Below, one piece after another: positions 1-11,986 of a stretch of DNA of 64,000 bases. The notes below the pieces were generated by a model. That model ran no database searches and was not told where the DNA came from. It saw nothing but the letters and a program-made list of their open reading frames with translations. The DNA is from Klebsormidium nitens (Eukaryota > Plantae > Klebsormidiophyceae). Each line of letters opens with the position of its first letter. Position 1 is the stretch's first letter. The translations under genes were made by a program, and so were the position numbers. The stretch covers positions 186,001-250,000 of the forward strand of contig DF236984.1 in assembly GCA_000708835.1 (NCBI GenBank), written 5' to 3'.

Positions 1-419
1 CTGGAGAGAGTACGAAGGACGTAAGTTTTCAACAATTTCCGACTTTTTGAAGAGAAAGTTGACCCCTTTCGGAAGGCAGGGTCCCTGATTGGTGCCTCAA
101 CTTCTTAAAACTCTCCACGTGGCCAGAGCTCTCGGAGCCGCAGAGTCACCCTATGAGGCCGCTCCGAAAACCGCAACACTGATCTCCAAACACGCCAAAT
201 CCACTTCATCCGTCGCTTGGCATCCCATATCGCGACTCTCTGACTGCATGCGGCGTCTGTCGAGATGATACAACGTCCGTATGCTACTTCTTGTCTCGAA
301 AACCTTCCTACAGTAGTCAACGTTTTGAACCCTGAAGTAGCAGCCACGCAAAGATAGGCATTGCAGTGTTCAAACGGCCTGTGAAAGCGGTGGAACCAAG
401 AGGAGGTTTGTTTACCCAC

Positions 420-3400
420 CTGCATTCGTAGAGCTCGCTACAGCTGGCGTGGCTCTCGTTCATAAGCTGTCCCAAGTCCTCCAGAACTTGATCGGACGAA
501 AAGGACGCCCCGCTGCTGCAAACGGGACACGTGTAAGTTGCTCGGTGTAGAGTCGGTCACATGTGTATGGAAGTAAAGTCCAACACATACAATTGGCGAA
601 TCCCAGTATTCCAAATTCGCCCTGCCGTTACAGCAAGGTGTGGGCCGGGTAACAAGGCCAGTCAATCGCCGAAACAACTTTTTGGTGCGCCGTACTTTAG
701 TTGGAGTAATTTGGATCGGTCGTCCAGCCCAGTGCTTGTGCCAACCACTTTTTTCAGGATCGTTGGTAACAACCAGAGTGGGGGAGGGCGTGCCACGTGG
801 CACTCTCTCGCAGGCTTGACAGATATGATGCAGGGGTAAAGGAGGCTCTACTGAGAAGCGCGTCCTACGAGCTGCCGTTTCAAGTCAGAGAATCCAAAAG
901 AGCACGGAGACACATGGTTGATACGGGGCAGGAAGCGCGAGTGTAAAACAGCTCTCGCTGACCTGGATTGTGCACGCGCCGCGGTGTCCCGGAAGGCGTA
1001 GACGCGCTCCTTTTCGCTGAAGACGTGCTTGGCCCTCTGCGGAGCGGTCACTTTTCGCGTGATCAGTATTCTTGAGGAATGGTGCAAAATATGCAATCAC
1101 AACGGCGCCGTCCGCTCAGGAAAAGAAACTCAGTCTCTGCGAGTTGGTCACGAGGAGTGGTTGTCTACATGACCAAAGGAGTACACGGGGGAGTGTAAGC
1201 TGTGCAACGGAGCTCTAGATCGAAGCGCAGACAAGGCGCGGACCCCGATGCTGTTAGTTTAATGCGGACGAGTGGCAGATTCTAAAAGCGCAGGAAGCTT
1301 TTCCGGAAGCACCTCATGCTCGCAGGCCTTTTTAAGAACGCCGATGGACTACCACGCAATTTTAAGTGCTCTTATGGTCGCTTAAAAATCGAAACAACGC
1401 CTGCAAATTCAAGAACACCCGAAGACGGGAACCCAGAAACGAAAGACGGAATCTTCCGTACTGACTCGGAAAATTATCTTTTGATAAGTATTCATCATTT
1501 AAAGATTATTTTGGTTAAGATGGAGATCAGAAACTACATTGGACCCGGCGGGAGAAGAGGAGGATAAACAATATTTTTCGAATTCCAGCCCAGATTGCTG
1601 ACAAAGAAGGCAAATGGAAAAATTGTAAAGTAGTATCTCTCATAGCCGGGTGAAACCTGAGAATTTTCGAAAACGATTATTCACGGTGCTTGCGGGTGAC
1701 CTCTCAAGTCACTGCGGTAATTGGTGGAGAGGGCGTGCCAGAAAGTGGAACAAGGGACCCAAGCGGCAGCGTTTGACGACCCACCTTGTACAGCGCAAAG
1801 TGCTTCGCTGCCGCCAGGACCGCGAGCGAGGTCGGCGAGCTTTTCATGATCGTCTCCAGCTTCTCACCAAGAAGCTCCTCCAACTCCTCCGCAACGTACG
1901 GCTCCGGCTTCAAGTGAGCCTGCGGGACGGAGAGCGGAACCGGAACCGGTGAGTACAATAGCAAGCGGAAATGCCAACGGATTTTCAGAAATTAGAGTCT
2001 GCCAGGACGGCAAGCGAGGTGGGCGGGTCTTCCATGGTCGTCTCCAGCTTTTTCTGGAGCAGCCCCTCCAACTCCGCGGCAACATTCTGCTCCGGCTTCG
2101 GCCTGCGCAACGGAAAGCGGAACCGGAACCGATGAGTACAGTAGTAAGTGGAATTGACCACAGCTTTTTCGAGGATAGAGTCTGCCAGGACGGCAAGCGA
2201 GGTGGGCGGGTCTTTCATGATCGTGTCCAGCTTTTCCCCGAGCACCTCCTCCAATCTTTTGGCCCCATACGGCTCCGGCTTCAAGTGGGCCTGCGCAACG
2301 GCAAGCGGAACCGGAACCGGTGAACCCCCTGATAGTCGACTTGCTTGAGGAGGAAAATCCAAGAAGCTCCGATTATGGTGATCGAGGTGGGGATCCCTTT
2401 TCGATCGCCAGGAGGCTTCCCTAATTCGACGGCGGTGTACGACTCTCGCTTCAAGTGAGCTTAAGCAACGGGGCATGAAAGCGGAACAGTTCAGTATGCT
2501 GATATTCGACTTTTGAGACCCTGCGGGAATACGACCCTGTCAGAACCCCACGCAGACTTTGGATGCTCTTCATGGAGTCCCTGACTTTTCGAGAAGCACC
2601 AGAATTGACGGCGACATGCAGTTCCGCCTTGAACAGGGCCTGTAGTATGGAAAGCAAGAATCTGAGAGGAAAGTATGTTATCTTCGCAATTTTTGTAGGA
2701 CCTGCCCCGATGTCTTAAGGGGCAGAAACAAGGATACAAGAAACAAAAAGCAACGCGCAAAATGACCAAGGAGATTGCGGAGGGTAACTACTGAACCACA
2801 GAAGGGATCCGTAAGAAGAAGGTTCCGTCTCGTTTTTGTGCATTGAAAGGAGCGTGGAGTAAGCAGACGAACTCCTACCGTCAGAAGAAATGAGGAGATT
2901 TACTTCGTCGGACACATGTCTCGGCCAGAAAAGTATTGTCAACTATACGGTGATTGTCTGCAGGAAATAGATCAGATTCTGTAGCGGCATATAGGTGCCA
3001 GTGCTTCAGGAGCAGGGCTGTCGGTGCCTCTCAAAACAGGCTTCGAGGGCGACAAACTCTCCTTCTCATCCCCGAATCGGCCAGCGGCTTTCTCTTCTCT
3101 GCTACTCGCGTGCTGAACGTCGCAACCTGGAGCCTGATACCAGACTCCCAAGCGCAATAACTCGTGACGCCCTATTTCCTGCGCTGCAAGCACGCTTACC
3201 TCGACGGCTGGCAGAGGCCCCTCTCCTCCCAGGCCGGGCGCAGCCGCCGAGAGCATGTCCTCAATCTCGCCCAGCGTGTTGATCGCATACACCTCCTGTT
3301 TCGGCAGCCCCAGTCGCAGTCCTAGCACCATCTGCGGAGATAGTGAGAGTATGGAAAAGAAGCAAAGCGGGTATGAAGGGTCCGTTGGGCAGGGCCGGTT

Positions 3401-6400
3401 GCGATGTGCAAAGGAGTAAGTAACGGCTCCGAGAGGGCTGTGGGACCAAGTTGCATAAGAAAGACAGCAGCGAAGAGTTCCAACAGGAATCGACTTCCGT
3501 GATTATTAAGCAGCAAGCCCCGCCTGATGATACAGTTCTAGCTTTGGACCCAACCCAGGGTGGCAGTCCGCTTCCAAGCGATTTTCGTACTGTACAGTTT
3601 CATAAATCCGAAGAGTCACCAAATAAAAGTTTACTGCAAGCATGCGCATGGATGGAGAGTGACAGTTCCTGCACGAGCCGGTGGGTGATGCGAAAGCGTG
3701 CTGAACCTTGAATGCGAACCTTTAATACCAAACCTCATGAAATCTGGAGACTGGAGCTCATTAAATCTGGACACTGGAGGTAAAGTGCAATACAGGGTAC
3801 GGTGCAACGGCAAGGCGCTTACCGCTGCCAGTCTGCATTCTACGACCCGCATGTTGTAGTTAACGGCGGCTGTCTCGGCCTTGTTGGACTCGGTCAGAGA
3901 GTTGGCGATGACGAAGGTACCCCCCTCCGGCAAAGCGACGTCGGTGGCTCGCACCGGGTTGAAGTCGATCAGGAGGGCGACTCCGGGCTTGGCCATGATG
4001 GAAATGGCCTGCAAGTCCAGGTTACGAGACAATCTATGATCAGTAATTTTTGGGATCCAAGCCCTATATAAATCCACCTCCCTAATATCCTGAGACTCTG
4101 AAGCCGTATGCTTGTAAATTCGACCAAAGAGACTTTTGTTAGAAAGATTTCTCAAAATCCAATGCGCACAACTCGTTGCCACATCTTGCTTCTGATTCGT
4201 TATGGTCTCCTGTCTTGAACGGTTCTGGCGAATCTCTTTGCTATATGCAACGTCCTTGTTCTTCAAAATCTTGGTATCCGTCAGAAGGGCCCCAAAGCTT
4301 TTTCCGGGCACCTTTTTCCGGCAAGTAACCAGCTCTTTGCGGCGGTCCATCCGAGCAATACAAAGTTAGTTGCTTCGTCGTCACGTGAACCAAGAGGCTC
4401 CACTTTCTCTCTCAGCGGAGCACGGGTTCCAATCAGAAGCGAATGAGCACTTTACAGAAGCAGTACGGTAGTCTCACCTAGGGATGTTACTCTAAGACAT
4501 AAAGGATACTCAGCGTGATCTAACACGGGGGATCATGGTCGTTGTCTGAACGCCAGTGGCTGATGACCGGACCCCCTACCGCAAGCACGGGGTAATCACC
4601 ACCGTAATCTACAGTAACCGTAGTGATGCCCTTATGAAGAATCTAGACCCCCAGTTTCTCACCTGGTCCATTCCGCCGGATTGTGTGCCGATGTGGCGCT
4701 CGCACTTGCAGCAGAGCTCCGCCATGTCGGTCTGTAGACACGCGGACACGAGTCAGTTTGAGTACGCCGAGAGGCATCCACAACATACTTAGCAACCACA
4801 AGACTTGACGTCATCCACACGTGCATCCGGCATGTCTCCGGCACCCTCCCTGAAATTCTGTGTGCAGCTTGAACAACGAGCCGCAGTTTGCAACTAGGGA
4901 CGAGGAGACAAGGCCACACTTCGGCGAGCAGGTTGACGATCGGACTAGATTTCGAGCTTCGTGGGCGCATCTTGCGATTGAAGCTCAGAGTTTTTGTGCC
5001 AAGGACAACGAAGATGATCCAAGACCACAAAACAGCGTCACTGTCACAGGGTGCCGTCCAGCCAGAGGAAACGCTGCGACAGAAAGCAGCACCGCGCTGG
5101 TGTGACGCCTCTCCGAAGCAGCTTGTTGGCTGCCTACGTGTACCACAGCAAAGCGCAGGTGAACACTCGTGGGTACTTGCACAACGAAACGGGACCGGTC
5201 CATGACCCGACTAAAAACGTTCACCTTGACCTCTTGGCGTCTGTTTGACAACCGTGTCCATAAGCGTGGCCGATGAAACGGTGCCGATGAACAGGTTAAA
5301 TACAGCGTTGTGACTCCACAATCCCGCAGACGCCGGCTCACCTTGCTGACGTCAGCACCAGCCGCCGCAGCGACCGCGACGGCCGATGCGCACACGAGCG
5401 CGGACGAGCTCGAGAGCCCCGCGCCTAGACAAAAGCGATACCACCCTTAGAAAGGAAACCCCAAAGAAGCACTTGAGCAGGGGACAGTTTTGTCATAAAG
5501 GAAGGTTACCTGTGAGAAGTTGAGCCCATGAGCGGCCATCACGGCGCCGGCAGAGGCGCACACAATCGCTGCCGAGCTGGAGAGTCCCGCACCTACAGAA
5601 AGCGTCTGACCTTTCAGCCAAGCCGGAAATTCTAGTGCTCCAAGCCCGACTTCCAATGAGAGCTCTCCTACGTTCTTCCGAAAAGCTCAAGCGAAGGCTC
5701 AATACGAAGTCGAAGTGCGATGCTTTGGCAAAGGTAACTCGACTTGAAATCAGGTCTCTTTCTGTGGGTTCTAACTTCTAGGATAGAGGGCAGTGAGATG
5801 CGCATCAGAAGCTGCCAGCTCATTCTCGCCCTGACAATTTGTGGTGCAGAGAGTTTTCAACGAAGATCCGAATCATCGTTTGAAAAGAACGGCTGAGCAA
5901 AGGAAGTGGTTGATGAAGAACGCGACTGACATCACAGGAGGCTTAGAAACAGAGGAAGAGTATTCGAGCTCACAGGAACTGGAAAATGCATGCGCGGCAA
6001 ACCTCAGTGACGGCGCCAGCAAAACGGACATCCACCAATCGACCCATGACTTGCAGGCTGGCTGGAGCAGGAGCCTTCACGCCCCTCTTTTCAGAGGCCT
6101 TCAAGAATGCACAGCTTAAAAATGGGCACGACGCCCAAGCTGGCAGGGGCAGCGACTTCTATTTCACACTTTTCCAAAGGCCTTCAAGAGTCCATAGCTT
6201 ATCCAGAAACCCATAGCTTATAAAACTGACAAGCTTACCAGTAGGCACGATGCCATCGACCATAACGTCCAGGCTGGCGGGGGTGGGGACTTCGACGTCT
6301 TCCTTTCCAGAGGCCTTGAGCCGCTCTAGATGCTCCCAGACGCCCTTGTAGCCGCACACGAAGTAGTTGGCCCATGAGTGGTTGCCACGATCTACCTCCT

Positions 6401-7961
6401 GCAGAGCACACATCCAAAGGCTGAGGAAGAAATAGATGGATGAGGAAAGAAGAGGGGGGAGCAGGGAGCTGGGGAATAACGTCAAACAAACGCTGTTTGT
6501 CCAGAAACGTCAGAGCAGAGGAGAAGGTAAGCTCCATAACTTGGCTTTGAGGGTGAGATGCAATCAACCGGTGCTGTATCACTTGCAGGAAGTGGTGTCT
6601 GTTGGCTCTCAGTATTGTGAGATCGTTTAGCAATATGACAGGGATTAAGGAAGCACTAGTGTGGTGCAAGGCACTTTGACTCATTCGAGCATGACCTCAG
6701 CTGCCTGAGGAGAGATATGGGATAAGCTCAGATTACCAATGAAGAAGCTCAACTTAAGATGTTTCACCGAAAACATTATTTGCTTGCTTCAGCTCACCAA
6801 CACAACTCCCAGTATCAGCATCGCGCTGGTTGCGTAAGAGAGACAAAGGGAGCGGGAGTAGTGCCCTCTACATGCACCATGCAAGCGGACACCCAGAAAA
6901 CCTGGAGCACCAAAGACGTTCGAAGGTTCCTTGAAGCTGACTCGCCCTCTGTTCCTGAAACCTGGACCTATCAAGCAAAACACCAGCAGGTTCCGTGCAA
7001 ATACACTAGGCTTTTCAATCTCTACCAAGCTCCTGACCTGAGAAGGATCCGCAGGAAACACGACTGCAGGGTACTTCTTGGAGTTGACATTGGCAATCCG
7101 GAGCGATGGCGCTGACCCATCGTCTGGACGCTTTCGAACAGCCACGATTGTGTCTTGACGGATGGCCATCGGGAGCACAGAGTAGCCTTCATAATCAATG
7201 TGTTCGCCGATCAAGTTCACGCGCCCTGCAAAGGACATACATAACCTGTCATATTGCCTCAGCTGACACAGTGGACCTGATGAAACAGTCTGACCGCAAA
7301 TGTGAAGAGCCAGCTGTTGACATGCCTACATGTGGTCCAAGTTGCGAAGTTTAACCTGCAAGTGGCACCCTTCACAGAGGGTCGTATATTCAATCTCAAT
7401 GAGTACTTTCCTATCTTGGAGCACGAAGCGTGGTGGTGGCCACAAATGGTCAAAGCGGGAGTCAAATATGTTCCCACAGACTGAACTGGCTGTGTGGAAA
7501 AAATGAAAATTCAACTTTGTGTCGCACACTTCTTTCTCCAGATTAGACTGGATGTTTGAACCGTTTGTAACCCCTGCTATCCTGCCACTGAATGCAAGCA
7601 GAGCACCTCAAGCTCGTGCACATCCAGGAACATGCAGGCACATCACCTTAGTTTTCTGCCATCAAGCAACTGCACTTTGAGAACCTCAAATGCAATCACA
7701 ATACTTGACCTTCAATCAACTTTAGAAATGTGTCCTTCCTTGAGCACTTAGCTCACCTGGAGAGCGGACAAACAGCACCGGCGGCGCGCCATACGCCTGC
7801 AAAAACTCCAATGCAAGTCCCTCATAGCGCGCATCCGCTGCAGCAAGCTCCTCCGCATCATGCCCATGCACCGGCCGCAGGCTTGAGTAGACTGGAATTG
7901 AACCCTCAGAAACCCCTCCCGCAGTCTCCTGCTTCGCATCTGCAGCAACAAGGGACGCCAT
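420..7961 (-). CDS. GALK: Galactokinase (GHMP kinase, plant GALK/GALK2 type), multi-exon; C-terminal exons lie beyond the left edge of the window
   Basis: Exons with GT-AG borders and consistent phase: 7961-7757, 7225-7038, 6398-6239, 5592-5510 or 5424-5342, 4731-4663, 4008-3823, 3331-3200, 1919-1785, 1036-963, 515-420. Motifs [91 protein letters not shown]. Confidence 0.96.
1785..2320 (-). repeat. Three tandem ~185 bp units: GALK exon 1919-1785 with its acceptor, plus two intronic partial copies (~2320-2178, ~2145-1994)
   Basis: Each unit has the CCGGTTCCGGTTCCGCT...GCAG acceptor followed by a diverged (AH)LKPEPY...TSLAVLA coding sequence; the copies lack the exon 3' end and donor. Confidence 0.9.
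5342..5424 (-). other. GALK: GALK alternative exon 4b (83 nt), [28 protein letters not shown]
   Basis: Acceptor ttttgtctag, donor AAG|gtgagc, same length and phases as 4a, open frame. Confidence 0.85.
5510..5592 (-). other. GALK: GALK alternative exon 4a (83 nt), [28 protein letters not shown]
   Basis: Acceptor ttctgtag, donor CAG|gtaacc, phase 1 in and phase 0 out. Confidence 0.85.
6025..6190 (-). repeat. Two degenerate intronic copies of the 3' part of GALK exon 6398-6239
   Basis: Plus strand ttttcagaggccttcaaga and tttccaaaggccttcaaga, each preceded by gctggc..gg..g, mirror the exon sequence caggctggcgggggtggggac...tttccagaggccttgag. Confidence 0.65.
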
Positions 7962-8440
7962 CTTTGCGCAGCAGCTGCCTCTTCACCAGTTGATTTCAGA
8001 GTAGAACAGCAAGCTGAGCAGCGAGCTGTTCCGATGACTCTGATGCACGAGTCTTCGAGCTAGCTGAGCAAGAGCAGAACCCCGGGTAAACCCTTGCGCG
8101 CGGCCGCGGCGCCCACACCCGCGCCACGCGCGCCTCATGCAGGCGCAGCCTGGAAGAGTCTAGTGCGTTCGCCGCAGTAGGTCAAACCTTAGGCTTGAGG
8201 CAATCGTACGTCACCAGAACGCACCTCGAAATGCAGAATTAGGTATGGTGAGCAAGAAACACAAAAAGATTGGGTTGCGCAGCACTGCTCCACGACCGCA
8301 ACTGGCATGCCGCTTCCAAACAGTAGGATAGGCGTACCAGTCGTTTGCCTGATCAACTGTCGAGTTTCAAGAAGAGATTCGTTTGACAAACGATTTGCAT
8401 TGCAACTGAAGGCCCGATAGTGTTGGTTCGCTAGCCCAGC
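7962..8440. promoter_or_regulatory. Divergent promoter region between GALK and the F-box/LRR-like gene
   Basis: Head-to-head starts at 7961 (minus) and 8441 (plus); GC-rich core at ~8095-8150. Confidence 0.5.
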
Positions 8441-10681
8441 ATGCAGACAAGTATGTGCGGCGCTTCCGGGGGGCGGCCTGAGCCTCAGCCGGCCGGCGGT
8501 CCAGACACAGCCCTGAACAAAGACCAAGAGCTTCTACAGAACAAGCGCCATCACGAGTTCCCTCCCTTCTCCGCCTTGCAGCTGATTGTATCTGGCTACC
8601 TCCAAGAGTCCCCGTCAGCCTTTTTCAACCAATGCAGACTCGTGAACAAAACCTTCAGGTCTGCCATCAACGCAGCACATCCTCCTTACACGTGGCACCT
8701 CCAGGGCGCCTGCCTCAACAGCGAACTTCAGACTGTGCTGCAATGTATGTCCGCTGAGCAGGGCTTCTGGAAGGGAGTCAAGAATGTGAGGCTAAACGGA
8801 AGTGACGTCAGCATGACGGAGGGGGACTGCCAGCTGCTGGTGGCAGCTCTTGGTGCGAGAGCGTGGGAGTCGGTCAGCTTGGTTGAGGTGACACCACTGA
8901 ACCTTTCCTTGGAGCAAACTTGGCCTCATGGCTGGCCAATCGCTACGACCACGTGAAGATTTTACATGGCAGACATTCTTTAGGCACTTACTGAGAGTCT
9001 GTCAACGCATCAGCTCAAGCAAGTAAAGCTTGCGTGATCTTGCTCAAGTACTCAGTTCAATTCTCAGTCCAAACCTTGATTGCAAACATATCTTGAACTC
9101 TGGAACGAGGAGCGTGAGCAGCTAGACTAAAAGTTTCTGACAAAGGACGCACGAATCAACTGCTCTGAAAAAAGGCTTGAGAAAGTGCAGGTTTGATCAC
9201 TCACACAACTCTCACGTCAACGTTTTCGAGGGGCCGTTTGATGGATGTGGATGCTATTGTGTTCCAACTCTAGATTCATTCTGGACGTCTTGAGTTTATG
9301 TGTTGGCTGAACACCCAGTATTGGATGCAACCATGACAAATTCTTTATAAGACGCACTGCAGACGCCCACGACACTCGATGAAAGTTCATGCTGGTCTAA
9401 GGAAACGGCCCGAAACTCTCCAACCTGCATTTTTTTGTATGAAATAGCTCCAATCGTTGGGCTCCCGAACATGGGCTTTCATTTGTGTAACTGCGTCATC
9501 CCCGCTTCCTTTTAATCCTTTGCACTTGACAAGCCTCGCTTCGCATGACTGGATTCTTCTTGATCATATGTTCCGATGCCTTTCAGAAGCCATTTTCGTG
9601 ACTTCGGTGACTGAACCACCAAAACCCAATCATTCTGCAGGTGAACCTTACTCACCCCGCCGTCATGAAGAAGATTCTCCACACATCAGCCGAGCGCGGC
9701 ACGCTGCGCCACCTGTCAATATCCGATTCGCCCGTCTCGGAGCGCGGCCTCCAGCGCTCGCTCGCGTCCGTCAGCCACTGCTTAGAGACGCTCCAGATTC
9801 TGCACGGGGTCACTTTTTACGGACAAGGAGCGTCCAAAGTGGAGTGCCCGAATCTCCGGACACTCGTTCTCGCGAGTCCGAACGGAACCCGCGAGACATT
9901 CCTGGGCTGGCTACTCTACGACATCACTCCGCCCCCTCGAGGCCGGGTTCCGCTCTCCTTCTTCCGCTGTTCCGCCCTGCGGACGCTGTGGCTGGTGGGG
10001 CTCGGGACCTTCTTCGAGATGACGGAAGCTGACGTCATCGGCATCTTCGAGCGGGTGCCGCTCCTGGAGGAGTTCCGGCTGTTCAACGGCGGGCTCTCGA
10101 TGGAGTTCCCCAACGACCAGTACTTTAGCAACGGTTCCGTCCAGGGGTCTGACACCAGGCTGACGTCAGCGGTCATTGCTGGCGTCTTCAAGGGGCTCAC
10201 CCGTCACTGCCCGCGCCTCAAGCGGATATCCATCGGGCAGAAAAGCTCTCCCTGCACCGTCCGGAACGGTAATTTGGACGGCTCCTGGCTGCGGCGCTTT
10301 GCGGACGCGCACCCGAAGCTGACCGAGGTTAACCTCTTTATAACCGGGCGGTTTGCAACCGAGGCATGGCTGTACGCCATCGCCAAGTGGGCGCCCACCC
10401 TGGAAAAGTTCACCGGGCACTTCAAGAAGCGCCCCGGGGACTTCGAATCCGAACGACAGCTGGTGCTCTTGGCAAAGGCACCGGAACTGACGGAACTGGA
10501 GTGCCTCGGCGGAAACTACCGGGAAGAGATTGAGTGGATGCGGCGCCAATCGCCGAAGGCATTTCAAAAGCTGAAAACTTCTACCTACGACAAGGGCAAG
10601 CTGGATTACAAACGGTATCTCCACAGACCCGAAACCGACAGAGGAGACCCTAGTCCATACTGGAATGGGGGCATCTACTGA
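8441..10681 (+). CDS. Putative F-box-like/RNI-type leucine-rich repeat protein, two exons (8441-8887, 9641-10681)
   Basis: Phase-0 join GAG|gtgac...ctgcag|GTG. N-terminal FPPFSALQLIVSGYL...CRLVNKTFRSAI resembles an F-box; repeated CPNLRTLVL, CSALRTLWL, VPLLEEFRL, CPRLKRISI, HPKLTEVNL units are LRR-like. Confidence 0.65.
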
Positions 10682-11573
10682 ACTCCATTGTAAAACAGAG
10701 ACTGGACAGGACAGAGATTTTGATCTCCTTCGATTATCCGCCCAGTTGATGGGTCAAGTCGTTTTGTAACGCACTTGGAGTAGGTCGCTAGAAAGTTTTG
10801 AACGTACGAGACATCATGCCGCGTAGTACCGGGAAATCGTTGTCTGGTCCCCAACATGGGAAGCGCTTCCCGGACTTTCCTCATGCTTTCGCCGAGGTGG
10901 ATTTATTGTTCTATTTGCGCGGCGGGGCGGCCTAAAAACCCCAGTTTCATATAAGCCCACCGTGATCTGTCGATTACAACCTTGGAGCAAAGTTCCCTCA
11001 TGCTTGTGGCGTATCAAATTCCTGCCATACTTTCTCGACGAGCCCTTTGAACTGCAGACGTGAGCCGTCATAAATAATGGCAGCCGCAAATTGTGAGTAC
11101 CAGCCCCCTTCCCTTGATGACTTCCGCTACAAAGTACTCAATACATGACATGAATTTTAGATCGCTGGGCAGTACTTCATACGTTCTACTTATGTCGACT
11201 GCTTGGATCGAGATTTGAGTAGACTGATAGTGTCATGCAATACAGGGTACCCTTTTTTGCCAGGCTTCAGTCACACAGCTGCCTAGTGGAAATCTGTTCT
11301 TTGTGGTGGGCAGAAAAAAGACTTCAGACAGAGCCATGTTGTCGGCTGCCACAACACTGTACGTGGCGCTTACGAGATACATAGTTTTGCCAAAGATAAT
11401 AAGCTAGCACGTAAGATTGAAATCGTGGCCGGCGTCATTGCAAAGCTTACAGCTTCTTGAATGATTGATACATACAGAAAATTCCATCAACCGTGATGTG
11501 CACCGAGTCCAATACAAAAAGCTGAATATGTAGTCCCCTAGGCAAGCCAGCACGATGCAAACTTGTTAACTAG

Positions 11574-11986
11574 TCAGACAAAGCGTGTGGGTGCAACGAA
11601 GCGTTTCATGGCGTCATGTGCTTTTGCGAGTATTTTAAACCTGCGCTCCGCCTCTTCCTTCTCAGCAGCGGTACGGTATTTATCAGGATGCCACTCCAGA
11701 GCCCTCTTCCTGAATGCCTTCTTGATGCTCACGGCCGTTACATCGTCGTTGGCGTCGATGCCAAGAATCTTCTTACATGCGCACTTCGAGCCGCTCGGGC
11801 ATCCAAGGATCCGATATAGACGGTCCAGTATCTCCTTAAGGGCGGCGTCTTCTTCGGGACTGAGCTTAATCCGGCTAAATTCTGAAGACCAATTGGAACG
11901 ACCGCCAGAGACCTTAGAATCCGAGCTTTCCGTTCGATCGTCAAGAGAACACGAAAAGGACGGAAGAGGGGAATCCAGATGGTTTC
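11574..11986 (-). CDS. Terminal exon encoding a DnaJ (J) domain; 5' exon(s) unresolved
   Basis: ILGIDANDDVTAVSIKKAFRKRALEWHPDKY...AERRFKILAKAHDAM with the HPD motif; strong polypyrimidine acceptor before 11986. Confidence 0.75.

Noticed and set aside
1785-2320. Regularly spaced repeats suggesting a CRISPR-like array or repeat protein
   Set aside because: The whole units are homologous to a galactokinase exon, with no unique spacers; eukaryotic context.
3631-4350. 239-aa ORF as a stand-alone gene
   Set aside because: Only 4008-3823 is GALK-like and it is bounded by splice sites; the rest is open intron.
4890-5230. Possible second copy of GALK exon 5 to pair with exon 4b
   Set aside because: No [12 protein letters not shown]-like frame with splice sites found; only a vague SERRHTS resemblance.
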